A stretch of DNA of 64,000 nt from positions 310,001-374,000 of the forward strand of contig JAIVFI010000005.1 of the NCBI GenBank assembly GCA_025558095.1, given 5' to 3'. Under the pieces are notes generated by a model, which was not told the origin of the DNA, searched no databases, and saw nothing but the letters and a program-made list of their open reading frames with translations. The DNA is from Hyaloraphidium curvatum SAG 235-1. Taxonomy: Eukaryota; Fungi; Monoblepharomycota. This document shows positions 33,377-44,900 of the stretch, in pieces (positions within the stretch are counted from its first letter, which is position 1; every line of letters starts with the position of its first letter). The position numbers and the translations under genes are program-made.

Positions 33377-34492
33377 ATGAACTCACACAATAGCAGTCGC
33401 GTCCAACGCTCTGCGGCGCCCACCGCCACACCGGCGGCACGCGGCGCTTCGGCAGCCCCGTCTTGGGTCCCAAAAGCCACGTCGATGCCCAATGCCCGCC
33501 TCGGTAGGGGCCGCATCGACGACCTGCCGCCCGAGATCATCCTGAGGATTGTTGTCTACATCTTGACGCCCCTGCGCCGGCGAGCTCCGCCTCCAAAGCC
33601 GAGCGCCTCGGCTTCCACGCAACGGGCCGCATCCGCCACCACCAAAGACCTCGGATTCGAAGGGGCCAGGACGCTGCTGCACCTCGCGCACACGACGCCG
33701 TACCTCTTCAACGTTCTGGGTCGCAACCGCATCTTCGACGGGTACTGGAAAAGGGTCTACCTGGACAATCTGGTGCCGCGGGGCGAGGCGAAGAGGGGCG
33801 CCTCCGCCAAGGCGTTTTTCAAGCGCGTCCCCGGATGCACCTGGTACGGGCTCGTCGCTGCCTGCCATCTCGAGACCACCTGCGGCGGCTGCCTCGATCT
33901 GCCGTGCCACCCCGACTTCCCAATCGCGTGGGAGGTGCCGGCCAAGGCGGCCGACACCGTCAAGGCCGCGTTCAGGACAAGGAAGAAGCCGAAATGGATC
34001 TCGCGGACGCGACCGTGGACCGCAGACGGAGAGCACGTGCGCGATCGGAGCGGGGACGAGTTCGGTGGCTGCGTCTTCATCTCCCTGCGTGACGTCATCT
34101 CCAAGCACTGGTTCGCAGGGTGCTTCTGCTGCTCGTGGACCGTGTCGGAGGAGGACATGGAGTGCTGGGAAGAGAGCGAAATCACGCGGTGCGCCTGCGG
34201 CGAGACCCTGTGCCGGCGCTGCTTCGACCCCGACGACATCGAATGCTCTTCGTGCAGCACGTGGTGGCGCTACGACTTCAGGTACCACGATCGGGTCCTG
34301 GAGATGTGCCACCTCTGTGCGAAAGGCACAAACACCTTCGACTACACGATCTGCGGCGAATGCGAATATCAAGGCCTCAACGGCGATCTGGACGACGACG
34401 AGAAGCGGGAGCTGGGTCTCGATGGCCGGTATGGAAACTGGACGGACTCGGACTCTGAAGAGGACTTTTCCGACTACAGCGAATGGTGGTAG
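33377..34492 (+). CDS. F-box-like protein with Cys-rich C-terminal region
   Basis: IDDLPPEIILRIVVYIL F-box motif; many CxxC pairs (CGGC, CACGETLCRRC, CSSC, CHLC, CGEC); start uncertain. Confidence 0.65.
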   Translation: MNSHNSSRVQRSAAPTATPAARGASAAPSWVPKATSMPNARLGRGRIDDLPPEIILRIVVYILTPLRRRAPPPKPSASASTQRAASATTKDLGFEGARTLLHLAHTTPYLFNVLGRNRIFDGYWKRVYLDNLVPRGEAKRGASAKAFFKRVPGCTWYGLVAACHLETTCGGCLDLPCHPDFPIAWEVPAKAADTVKAAFRTRKKPKWISRTRPWTADGEHVRDRSGDEFGGCVFISLRDVISKHWFAGCFCCSWTVSEEDMECWEESEITRCACGETLCRRCFDPDDIECSSCSTWWRYDFRYHDRVLEMCHLCAKGTNTFDYTICGECEYQGLNGDLDDDEKRELGLDGRYGNWTDSDSEEDFSDYSEWW

Positions 34493-34699
34493 GATCTCGA
34501 ATGTCACGAATCTTCCTTCGGTCTGCGCTTGACGTGAAGCTTGGTGGCGACGTGTGCTTGCTTCCGACATAGAGCTTCTCTTTACTGTCATTTGTACCGC
34601 AGTGTTCAGAATATGAAGAAACCGCCCGCCTTGAAGCGAACCTTGCGGGGGGCGGCCGACACTCCTGTCACAAACGCGTCTTCGCGATCCCGCCCCGCG

Positions 34700-36414
34700 A
34701 TGGCCGCGTTCGAGGAGGAGTACGACGACGACGCGCCGCGGCCGGCCCCGTCGGCGCCTGCGCCGCTTCCGGTGTTTGGCGTGCCGCCGCCGCGGCCGAG
34801 CGAGAAGTACGCGGGCGCGGCGGCGCCGCCGGGGCTGCTGTTCGACGACGAGCGCGTCGAGTTCGTCGTCGAGACGGGCCGCTACGTCTACACCGACGAC
34901 GACGACGTGGCGTACGAGTGGGACGACGCCGCGCGCGCGTGGTTCCCGACGTTCGACGAGGGCGCGCTCGAGCGCCAGCAGAGCGCGTACGCGGGCGACG
35001 CCGGCGACGCCCCGGGCGAGGTCGTGCCGCCGCACGTCGCCCGCAAGAAGCGCAAGGCCGAGCAGACAGCGAACTACACCGGCGCGGCCGACGCCGGGGA
35101 CGCGGACCCGCCGCCGGCCCAGAAGAAGGCAAAGCCCGCGCAGCCCAAGCCCGTGACCGCCGTCTACGTGTCGGGCCTGCCGCCGGACGCCACCGTGCCA
35201 GAGCTGGCCGCCTTCTTCTCGCGATGCGGCATCATCATGGAGGACCTGGCCACCGGCGAGCCGCGCGTCAAAATATACACCAGCAAGGAGACCGGCGAGC
35301 CAAAGGGCGACGCGCTCGTCACCTACTTCAAGCCCGAGAGCGTGGACCTGGCCGTGCAGCTGCTGGACGAGTCGGAGCTGCGGCCGGGCAAGGGGCCGCT
35401 GATCCGCGTGTCCAAGGCCGAGTTCAAGGAGAAGGAGCGGGATCCAAACGAGCCGGCGGAGAAGAAGCCCAACTTCGAGCGGAAAAAGGCCATCAAGAAG
35501 CTGCAGAAACTCGACAAGTGGGTTTCCCGCCGCTCGCTCCGAGCCGATTCCTGACCCTCCTGTCCATCCAGGCAGCTCGGCTGGTTCGAGGAGGCCCAGC
35601 CCGCGACCAAGGCCGAAAAGTTCCAACGCGTCGTCATCATCAAGAACGTCTTTACCAAGGAGGAGCTCGAGGCGGACCCGACCCTCATCCTGGACCTCAA
35701 GGACGACATGCGGACCGAGTGCGAGAAGCTGGGCGAGGTGACCAACGTTATCCTCTACGACGTGGGTTCCGCGCCCCCTGCGCTCTACCCCGATGGCCAA
35801 CTCTCCCCGCTTCCACACAGCAACACCCCGACGGCGTCATGTCGGTCCGCTTCAAGGACCTTCCCCCCGCGCAGGCCTGCGTGCAGCTCATGGACGGACG
35901 CTTCTTCGCCGGCCGCCGCCTGGCCGCGGAGCTCTACGACGGCCGGACGCGGTACGACGCGTACAAATCCGGCAAGGGCGCCGAGACGGAGGAGGAGGAG
36001 AAGGAGAGGCTGGAGCGGTACGCGCGGTGGCTCGAGGGCGGGCTCGAGGACGACGAGGGGCCCAAGAAACCCGCCGCGAAGCCGGCTGCCCCGGCTGCCG
36101 CGAAGCCCGCGCCGCGCGACGACGCGGTGGTGCTCGAGCGCGAGGACGAGAACGGCGAGCCCGATCCCGTCGTCGTGGACATGTCGGGGATCCGGACCGC
36201 CGGCGAGGACGGCTTCGGGACCGCCGGGGACGCGGACGACGAGGGGCTGGAGATGCCCGAGGGCGCGGTGCTTCTACCGGGAGGCGGTTGGGCGCTGCCG
36301 CCGCAGACGCGGGAACAGGTCGAGGAGAAGCTGGCGCCGCCGGGGCTGGCGTGGGCCGGGGCGGACGAGGAGGAGAATGCCGCCCTGGAGGAAGCCGACG
36401 ACGACGAAGAGTAA
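34700..36414 (+). CDS. HTATSF1: Splicing factor Tat-SF1/Cus2 (RRM + UHM), multi-exon
   Basis: TAVYVSGLPPD, KGDALVTYFKPESVDLA, VVIIKNVF, ECEKLGEVTNV, MDGRFFAGR. Confidence 0.9.
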
Positions 36415-36479
36415 CTAACCGAATCCGGTCGGGAAAACCTTCGCAATTCCATTCTTGTGCCAGGAAGTCAGTACACAGC

Positions 36480-39471
36480 TCATTCTTCGTCCTCGCTGCC
36501 TTCCTCGGAGCTTCCCGACTCCGATCCCTCCCCCTGAGACCCGTCCTCTTCCGAGCTCGATCCCGATTCCGAGCTATCCGAGCTCGACGAGGCGGCGTCC
36601 GGGCCGGCGATGCCGTTCGCCATGTGCCCGTTGGGCAGGTGTCCGTTTGCACCGGCGTCGTCATCGCTGTCGCTCCAGACGCCCTCCGCCACCGCACCGT
36701 CCGCCTCCTCCATCTCCTCATCGTCGCCCTCTTCGTCGTCGCTCCCCGATTCGGCCTCGGCCTCCACAAACTCCCCGGCAACGTCGCCGTCCAGCGAGCC
36801 CTCGGCGATCTCGATGTCGGACCCCTCCCAAAACTCCTCGCCGAGGGCGTCGCCCTCGTCCGCCCGCCGAGCCGAGGGCTCTTCCCGCCGCCGGTCCAGG
36901 CGGTCCTTCCAGAGCGCGTCCAGGGGAGCGCCCTCCCCGTCTTCGTCGGCCATGTCCCCGACGAGGAGCTCCATAGACTGCAGGGTAAAGTCCATGAGGT
37001 ACGAGCGGGTGATCAGTTCGCCCAAATGCTGGTAATGCCGCTCAGTGTACGGGATGAGCGCGTCGAGAATCTGCAAGAGATGGAGCGTTGTCAATAAGGG
37101 GCTACCATATGTGCGCCGAGCGGCGCACCTCCTTTGCCTTCGAAAGCCCGGAGATTTCCGAAGGCGGGAAGAACTTGAGGATCGCGTTGAGCACCGTCTG
37201 CGCCGTCCTCGCATGGCGCGAGTTGGTGTTCCAATCGCGGACGTACAGCAGCATCTTCTCCAGCCCGGCCGGGTCCAGATGCTTCAGCACCTCGTCCACT
37301 TCCTGAGCGCCAGTGACGGTCTCTTTGCCGGCCTCCCCGGCCGCATCGATGACCTCCTTGAACAGCTTAACGAGCCGGTACGGCTGGCCGAGGTCCATCG
37401 CCAGGGCGATGGCGCCGCGGTAGTCCTTCCTGTGGAGGAAGTTGGCCAGGTCCTGCTCCTTGACGATCCTCTCCTCCTCCTCCTTGCGCTTCTGCTCGCT
37501 CTCCTCCTCGGTCATGTCGGCCCACAACCGCAGCACGGAATCGCCGCCGCCCGAAGCCAGGATCTCGCCCTCCTTCGCGACGGCCAGCGCCCAGACTTTG
37601 CCCTCTCCGCCGTCCAGCGTCGTCGTGCACTCGCTCGTCTTCATGTTCCAGACCTTGATCAGGCCGTCGCTCCCCGACGAGATCACCTGCGTCCCGTGGC
37701 TCATAAATGAGACCCGCAGCACGCTATTGAGGTGGCCTTCGAAGGTCCGAAGGCAGCTCCTGTCCGCGAGCGACCACAGCTTGACCGTCTTGTCGCCCGA
37801 CGACGTCGCGAGCACCTGATCCACGGGACTGAACTGCACGCTCCAAACACCGCGCCGGTGTCCCGAAAACGTCGCGATGAGCGAGCCGTCGGCGGCATTC
37901 CACAGCTTCGCAGTCTTGTCCTGGGACGCCGACGCAAAGACCCGATCGTTGGGCGCGACCGCAATCGAGTTGATGTCCCTTTCGTGGGCCTTGACGGTGT
38001 AGATGGAAGAGAGCTTCTTCACCGCGCCGCCCTTGCCGCTTTCTGCGGCTTTCAGGTCCCACATCTTCACCGTGCGGTCCTGGCTCCCTGTCAGGACGAA
38101 GCCGCCCGACTTTTTCGATAGGGACACCGCCCCGATGGCCTCGGTGTGGCCGGTGCAAGTGCCCCACCTGCGCCACTTCCCCGAGTCCCGCTTCCACAGG
38201 AGGGCCGTCTTGTCCTTTGCCCCGCTCACGAGCAGCGCGCCGTCCTTGGCGGCATCGATGCAAATCACCACGTCCGAATGTCCGTACAGGAGCTCGCAGT
38301 CGCCGGTGTTCATGTCGTAGACGCGCACCTGCTCGCTGTTTGCGCAGAGCGCCAACGAGTCCGGGCCGCCGAGGAAGCACACGTCAATGACCTCGTCGTT
38401 CGCGCCCACGAGCTGCTTCGTCCTCTGCAGCCCCTCGCGGATCGAATAGAAGAGAAAGTGCTGGTCCGTGGTCACGACGACCAGAGCCATCGAGTCCCGC
38501 ACGTAGAGCACCTCGAAGATCTGGTGGTTGCTGCTCTCTTCCGCGGCCTGGGCCAGGAGCACCTCGCCGCGGTCGGCGTTCCATATTCGCACGACGCCCT
38601 TTTCGCCCCCCGTGTAGAAGACAATGTCCGTCTGCTTCGTGGACGACCGCAACTTGGTCGGGAGGTGCGAGTGGTCCACCAGACCGACCGCCTCCACACC
38701 CTCCGAGACCGGCAGAGTCTTGACGAGCTCCTTGGTGCCCAGGTTCCAGATATTCACGACACGATCCCGCCCGCCGCTGATCAGGTACTCGCCATTCGGC
38801 GTCAGATCGAGCCCGCGCACCACGGAAACATGGCTCTCCAGCACCGCGAGGCACCCCTTCTTCTTCAGGTCCCAGACTCGGATCTGTCCGTCTTCCCCTC
38901 CGGTGTAGAGCAGCCACCACGCCTTCTTGTCCGGCCTGAACTTTACGCAGGTCACGAGGCCGCGATGGCCGCGAAAGTTGTGCGTCGCGTAGCCGCGGCC
39001 AACGTCCCACACCTTGACGGTGCTGTCCGCCGATCCCGTCGCGCAAAGCGTCGAAGTCGCGTCAAAATCCATAGCGAGCACGGGAGCCTCGTGACCGCGG
39101 AAGCTCCGTTCCTCCTTCCCCGTTTCCAGGTCCCAAGCTTTGAGGAGCAGGCTGCGGCTCGCGGTCAAGAGGCCCGACGAGTCGGGCTTCACCGCAAAGC
39201 ACGTCAGGGCATCGGCACCGCCCTCCAGCTTCCATTTCGTCCGTCCGTTCGACAGCTCCAGGCAAACAACGTCCTCCCCGGCCGTGGAAATCAGCAGTTG
39301 GTCGTCCGCGGTCACGGCCGTCTTGCCGCCGGTGTAGAAGGACTCGATTGTGCGGGACTGCTTGAAGCTGGGGCGCGGGGGCAAGAGGGTCACGACAATA
39401 GGTCAAGCTCGAGCCGACTGATCCTACCTCGTCCGAACGACCGGTTTCCCGGCCCCAGGATCGCCGGACAT
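36480..39471 (-). CDS. UTP13: U3 snoRNA-associated WD40 protein Utp13/TBL3
   Basis: FYTGG start, many WD40 repeats, Utp13 domain WNTNSRHARTAQ...LIPYTERHYQ; first intron 39368-39427. Confidence 0.93.
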
Positions 39472-39709
39472 GCCGCCGTGTTTGGTTGATGAAAGGGTTT
39501 ACGGAGGAGTGAAGCGGCCTTTTTCTGCTTTGCGAGGGCACCCGTGCACCGGCTTGGGAGACGAGCGGAAGCCCTTTTGGACCTTCCTTGGGCGCCAGTG
39601 GCCTTCGAAGATCCTTTGGGGGGCCAACCGGCGCGTGGGAGGCCTCCCTTTTCTCTGGACGGCCTTTCGGCCCTTTCCAGCGCCTCCCGGCGCTCACTAG
39701 GATTCCACA

Positions 39710-41365
39710 ATGTCCGAGCGCAACAATACCCTGCTCTCGGACGACATTGCCGAGGTATGTAGACGGAAGCGGCTGTCGCCGTAGGGTCCGTCGCACCGGG
39801 ACACCGGTCTCGGCCTGCCGTGCCGCCTGGGCCGTTTCGAGCATTCGGTGACCCTGCTTTGTCTTCAGCAAAACATTGAAATCTGGAAGATCAAACGCCT
39901 GATCAAGAGCCTGGAAGCAGCTCGCGGAAATGGAACCAGCATGATCAGTCTCATCATCCCGCCCCGAGGTTCGCGCTTTGGGCGACCAGAGTCGCTCCCA
40001 AGCCTGACGCCCGGTCGCTTTGTGCAGATCAGATTTCTCGGGTCGCGAAGATGCTTGCGGACGAGTACGGCACTGCTTCCAACATCAAGTCGCGGGTGAA
40101 CCGGCTGTCCGTGCTGTCGGCAATCACGTCGACGCAGCAGCGTTTGAAGCTCTACAACCGCGTGCCCAACAACGGTCTAGTCATGTATGTGCCTTGCCGG
40201 ACGGTGTGCGTGCCTGCACCGCTCATCCTTTGTCCAGTTACTGCGGGACCATCGTGACTGACGAAGGCAAGGAGAAGAAGGTCAACATCGACTTTGAGCC
40301 CTTCAAGCCCATCAACACGTCGCTGTACCTCTGCGATAACAAGTTCCACACGGAAGCCCTCGCGGAACTTTTAGAATCGGACTCCAAGTTTGGTTTCATC
40401 ATCATGGACGGTAACGGCACGCTCTTTGGGACTCTCACGGGCAACACGAGGGAGATTATCCACAAGCTGCAGGTTGGCATCGCGCTGCGGTTGCTGCTGG
40501 CCCCGCTCACGGCGTGATGGGTTGCAGGTCGACCTGCCGAAAAAGCACGGGCGTGGTGGTCAATCGGCGCTTCGTTTCGCACGTCTGCGTGAAGAAAAGC
40601 GGCACAACTACGTCCGCAAGGTTGCGGAATTGGCCGTGCAGTTCTACATCACGAACGACCGGGTCGGTGCGCCCGTGGAAGGCTGCGTGGTCCGCTCCTG
40701 ACCTTTCACCCTCGCAGGTCAACGTCGTGGGCCTTATCCTCGCTGGTTCCGCGGACTTCAAGACCGAGCTGTCGCAGTCGGACATGTTTGACCAGCGCCT
40801 GCAGGCCAAGATCATCAAGGTCGTGGACGTGTCCTACGGCGGGGAGAACGGGTTCAACCAGGCGATCGAGCTGTCGCAAGAGGTGCTGGCGAACGTAAAG
40901 TTCATCCAGGAGAAGAAGCTCATCCAGCGCTACTTCGACGAAATCTCCCTGGACACGGGGAAGTACTGCTTCGGCGTCGATGACACCCTGAGGGCACTGG
41001 ACATGGGCGCGGTGGAAACGCTGATCGTGTGGGAGAACCTGGAGATCAACCGAATTGTCCTGAAGAATCCTTCGAACGACACGACGAAGACGCTCCACCT
41101 GAGCAAGGAGCAGGAAAAGAACCGGGAGCTGTTTGTCGAGGACGGCGTGGAGCTGGAGGTGGTCGAGAAGCAGCAGCTCCTCGAGTGGTTCTCGGAGCAC
41201 TACAAGGAGTTTGGTGCCACCCTGGAGTTTGTCACGGACAAAAGTGGCCTTGGCGCGCAGTTCGTCAAGGGTTTCGGAGGCATCGGGGGCCTCTTGCGGT
41301 ACAAGGTGGACTTCCAGCACTTCCAGGCGGACGAGGATGAGTTCCTCAGTGACTCGGACATTTGA
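39710..41365 (+). CDS. SUP45: Eukaryotic peptide chain release factor 1, multi-exon
   Basis: [42 protein letters not shown]. Confidence 0.98.
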
Positions 41366-41504
41366 GAATCGCGCCGAATGTAATACCCTTTGTCTTGGTA
41401 GAGCGCGGACATGTGTCCCGTAATTGAAGGACAGGATATTGATTCAAAAAGTGATTCAAAAGGCCTTCCGGGGGCCCCCAAAAGCATACATCTCGGATCG
41501 GGCA

Positions 41505-43129
41505 TCACGCCATCGCCTGCCCTGCTTCCACGGGCTCATCCCCGCCGACATCATTATCGTTCTCATAAAACTCCCGCTCGTCCACGGTAACCACTTCCTT
41601 CTCCCTTCGCGCAGGATCCAGAAAGTCGTCCCGCTGCCGCTCGTCCGGCCGCGAATCTTCAACGTAGTCCACCCACTGTCCCGTCTCCATGAACCGCACA
41701 GAATCCGGCGGAATCTCCTGCATTTGCACCGAAGGAGCCCCGTTCAGGAAGCGCAGGTACTCGGCGCACTGCTGCCGGATCGAGTCCAGGTAGTGCCGCG
41801 TGTTCACGTTCTCGTGGTTCGGGTCCACGATCCGCGGGTGCAGCGAATAGTCCGGGCCAAAATGTTCGTTGTAGTCCGTCACGGGCAGCTTGTCCGGCAC
41901 GGGCGTGTTTGTGAGGATCGACGCCTCGTAGGTCCAACACCGGGCCACGTTCCGGATCGTGTAGCCACCCCCGCCCATGACCAGCATAGGCACGCGATAG
42001 CTCTTCATAAATTTGACGCACTCCCCATGGCCTCGGATGCTCAGGTTGAAGCAGCCGAGCCGGTCCGACGCCAACGAGTCCGCGCCGCACTGCAGCACGA
42101 TCACCGACGGGCGGAAGCTCTCCATCACGTTCGACATGACGTGCTTGAAGATGTAGGTGTACGACTGATCGTCGATGTACTCCTGCAGCGGCACGTTGAG
42201 CGAGTAGTACTTGCCCTGCTTGACCCCGACCTCGTCGATGGAGCCCGTGCCGGGGAAGAAAAGCCCGTCGTACTTGTGGAACGACACCGTCATGACGCGC
42301 GGGTTGGCGTAGAACGCCTCTTGCACGCCGTCTCCGTGGTGCACGTCAATGTCGATGTAGAGCACTCGAGGGAACGTTCTGCCGGGACCAAGGTGAGCTG
42401 CTGCCCTTGTCCCGTCCGTAACGCGTCGGTAACCCACCTCAGGAGCTGCAGGATGGCGACGACAATGTCGTTGACGTAGCAAAATCCGCTGGCCTCCCAT
42501 TTCTTGGCGTGGTGGAGCCCGCCCGAGTAGTTGATGGCAATGTCGGTGTACCCCGACATGAGCTTCCGCGCGGCTTCGACGCTCGCTCCCGTGTACAGGC
42601 GGCAAAAATCGTACATGCCCTCGAACACGGGGCAGTCGTCTACGCCGAGGTTGAAGCGCGACATGTACTTTTGGAACGTCTCCATGTTGTCCGGCTTTAT
42701 CCTGCGCACTAGAGGTCAGCGCGGGCCCCGACGCGTCCCACGCGGTCCGGCCCACATTTTGAGGAATTCTATGTAGTCCTCCGAGTGGAAATCCGTGATC
42801 TCCTCGTCCGAGGCGCGGCGCGGGCAGTAGACCTCCATCTTCTTGTGCAGGCCGTAGCCCAGCACGAGCTGGTGCGTCAGGGCCAGACGCGGCGGCTTCA
42901 TCGGGTGGCCTTCGCCAAAGTGGAAGTTTGCCACGACCGGGTTGTAGTAGTACGAGATCCGGTCCTTCGAGTGCGCGCCCACGAGGCCGGCGAAATCGTC
43001 CGACAGTGGCGGCAGGTCGGTCACGCGGCTCGGGGAGGGCCGGCCCATGCCCGACGCGCTCGTCACGTGTGCCGTGCTGCCGCCGCCGGCCGCAACGTCG
43101 TAGAGCACCACCGGTGCGCGCGACGACAT
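41505..43129 (-). CDS. Class I histone deacetylase (Hos2/HDAC3-like), multi-exon
   Basis: [48 protein letters not shown]. Confidence 0.95.
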
Positions 43130-43264
43130 TTTGACAGGTTTGTTGATCGCGGCTGGATCGCGGACGGGAGGCGGCTGGGCCGCAGGGCAGCCCACCATCT
43201 CGAACTTTCGAGTCGTTTCGAGATCGTATCGCTCGTATGCGACCTGCAGAGCGTGCCGAATCCA

Positions 43265-44656
43265 ATGAATGCTCTGGAGAAGCTGGCGGAGGTGCTCGAG
43301 GAAGATGGCTTCCACCCCATATCCGGGGAGGACGCTTCACAAGTCACTTTTCGGGCCTCGCTTGCCTACATCAGGAGCCTTACCCCCGTGGTCTTTCGCG
43401 GCCTGTGCTCGGACTGGCCCGCTCTGCAGCGACCGGAATGGCGCTCGCTCCGCGGCCTCGCCTCGCTGTACAGGGGAGCAGTGCCGATCGTTTCATCGCG
43501 AGCCGGCGAAGGATACGGCAACGAGACCCGGACGCAGTTGGACGCTCACGAATGGGCTTCAAGGGTCGAGAGCGACCCCGAGGACACCTCGTACCTCAAG
43601 GATTTCCATCCTTTGCTCCATAACCCGTGCGACGACTCGTACACCGTTCCTGCGATCTTTGCGGACGACTACCTGAATGCATTTAACGATGCGAGGACCT
43701 TGGAGCAATCTCGCGGCGTCGTTGACGACTACCGGTTCGTCTACGCTTCGAATGCCGGCGGACGGACCCCGCTCCACGTTGATGTTTTGAAGTCCCATTC
43801 TTGGAGCGCGAACGTGGAGGGTTGGAAGCTGTGGCTGTTCTTTGACGACGAAGCCATCCGTCCGTTCTGCAGTGCGAACGGCGACTTGATGGTATCCGAC
43901 GGCGCGACCGACAGGCAACGGTGCGCGATCAACGACGCCATCGCTGGTCTTGCCATCGATCCCAATCTGCGATTCGAGCACCGAACCCGCGATGCCAAGC
44001 ATTTGCACACCGCGTACTGCATTCAGGGACCGAAGGACATAGTATTTGTGCCCTCTGGCTTGCACCACCAAGTTGTCAACCTCTCGTCCCCAACCATCTC
44101 GATCAACACCAACTGGTTCGGCGGAATGGCGCTCGGCAGAGTGTGGGACTTTCTGAATAGCGAGCTTGCGGCGGTGAGGGCCGCGATCGCCGACGTCGGC
44201 CTCGAGGGTCAGGATTTCGAAGATCATTGCCAGTTGCTGCTAAAAGCTCAGACGGGTTTCGACTACGACGATTTTGGCGCGCTGCTTCTATGCAATGCGC
44301 GTCGTCTGCTCTCCTCAAACCGACGGAGTCCAGGTCTTGTGAGCGGCAATATCGACCAGCCACTGTCGAGCTTGCCGCCTTCGGATCCTCACGTCGCACC
44401 TCTTGTTCGGCATCCGGAGGAGATCGAGGACGAGAGCAAGGCTCAACTGGTTGCGGTGATCGAAGCATTTCTCCAGGACCCTTACATGCAGTTCCACGCA
44501 GCAGGTGATCGGGGGCGTGAAGCCTCGCGCGGGCCCTCTAAGCCTCCAAGAGAGACCGAGGAGATGTTGCTGGAGAAGCTGGCTCGTTTGCATGCCATGT
44601 ATGGCTACCCGCCTTTGGACCGTTGGCGGGTTGAAGATCTGGCGGGGTTTGTCTGA
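43265..44656 (+). CDS. JMJD4: JmjC-domain 2OG/Fe(II) oxygenase, JMJD4-like
   Basis: YLKDFH, FADDYLN, DDYRFVY, TPLHVD (HxD), [29 protein letters not shown]. Confidence 0.85.
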   Translation: MNALEKLAEVLEEDGFHPISGEDASQVTFRASLAYIRSLTPVVFRGLCSDWPALQRPEWRSLRGLASLYRGAVPIVSSRAGEGYGNETRTQLDAHEWASRVESDPEDTSYLKDFHPLLHNPCDDSYTVPAIFADDYLNAFNDARTLEQSRGVVDDYRFVYASNAGGRTPLHVDVLKSHSWSANVEGWKLWLFFDDEAIRPFCSANGDLMVSDGATDRQRCAINDAIAGLAIDPNLRFEHRTRDAKHLHTAYCIQGPKDIVFVPSGLHHQVVNLSSPTISINTNWFGGMALGRVWDFLNSELAAVRAAIADVGLEGQDFEDHCQLLLKAQTGFDYDDFGALLLCNARRLLSSNRRSPGLVSGNIDQPLSSLPPSDPHVAPLVRHPEEIEDESKAQLVAVIEAFLQDPYMQFHAAGDRGREASRGPSKPPRETEEMLLEKLARLHAMYGYPPLDRWRVEDLAGFV

Positions 44657-44900
44657 AGCAGGTCCTCCCTTCGCTTGGTGGAAATCACGGTGTCAACCTT
44701 AAAACATGAGCTCCTGTGACTCTCAAAGGGGTTCAGGCCGGAAGAACGACGGATCGCCTCAGGGGAGCGCCGGAAGAACAGACGCGGATGATCGGCTTCT
44801 CGGCACGTTTGCCGCCGCCCCCTTTACAAAACTGTTTCTGCGCTCGGCCCTCCGCGTCCAGCTGCACCTGTCCTCCGCACGTCGCCGTGCATTTTCCACG

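Noticed and set aside
33383-35818. 811-aa minus-strand ORF and many similar long overlapping ORFs
   Set aside because: Antisense shadows of GC3-rich genes, with Arg/Gly/Pro/Ala-rich composition and no motifs.
42785-43264. Apparent N-terminal extension of JMJD4 overlapping the HDAC gene
   Set aside because: Antisense to HDAC exon 1; an ATG at 43265 gives a normal-sized protein.
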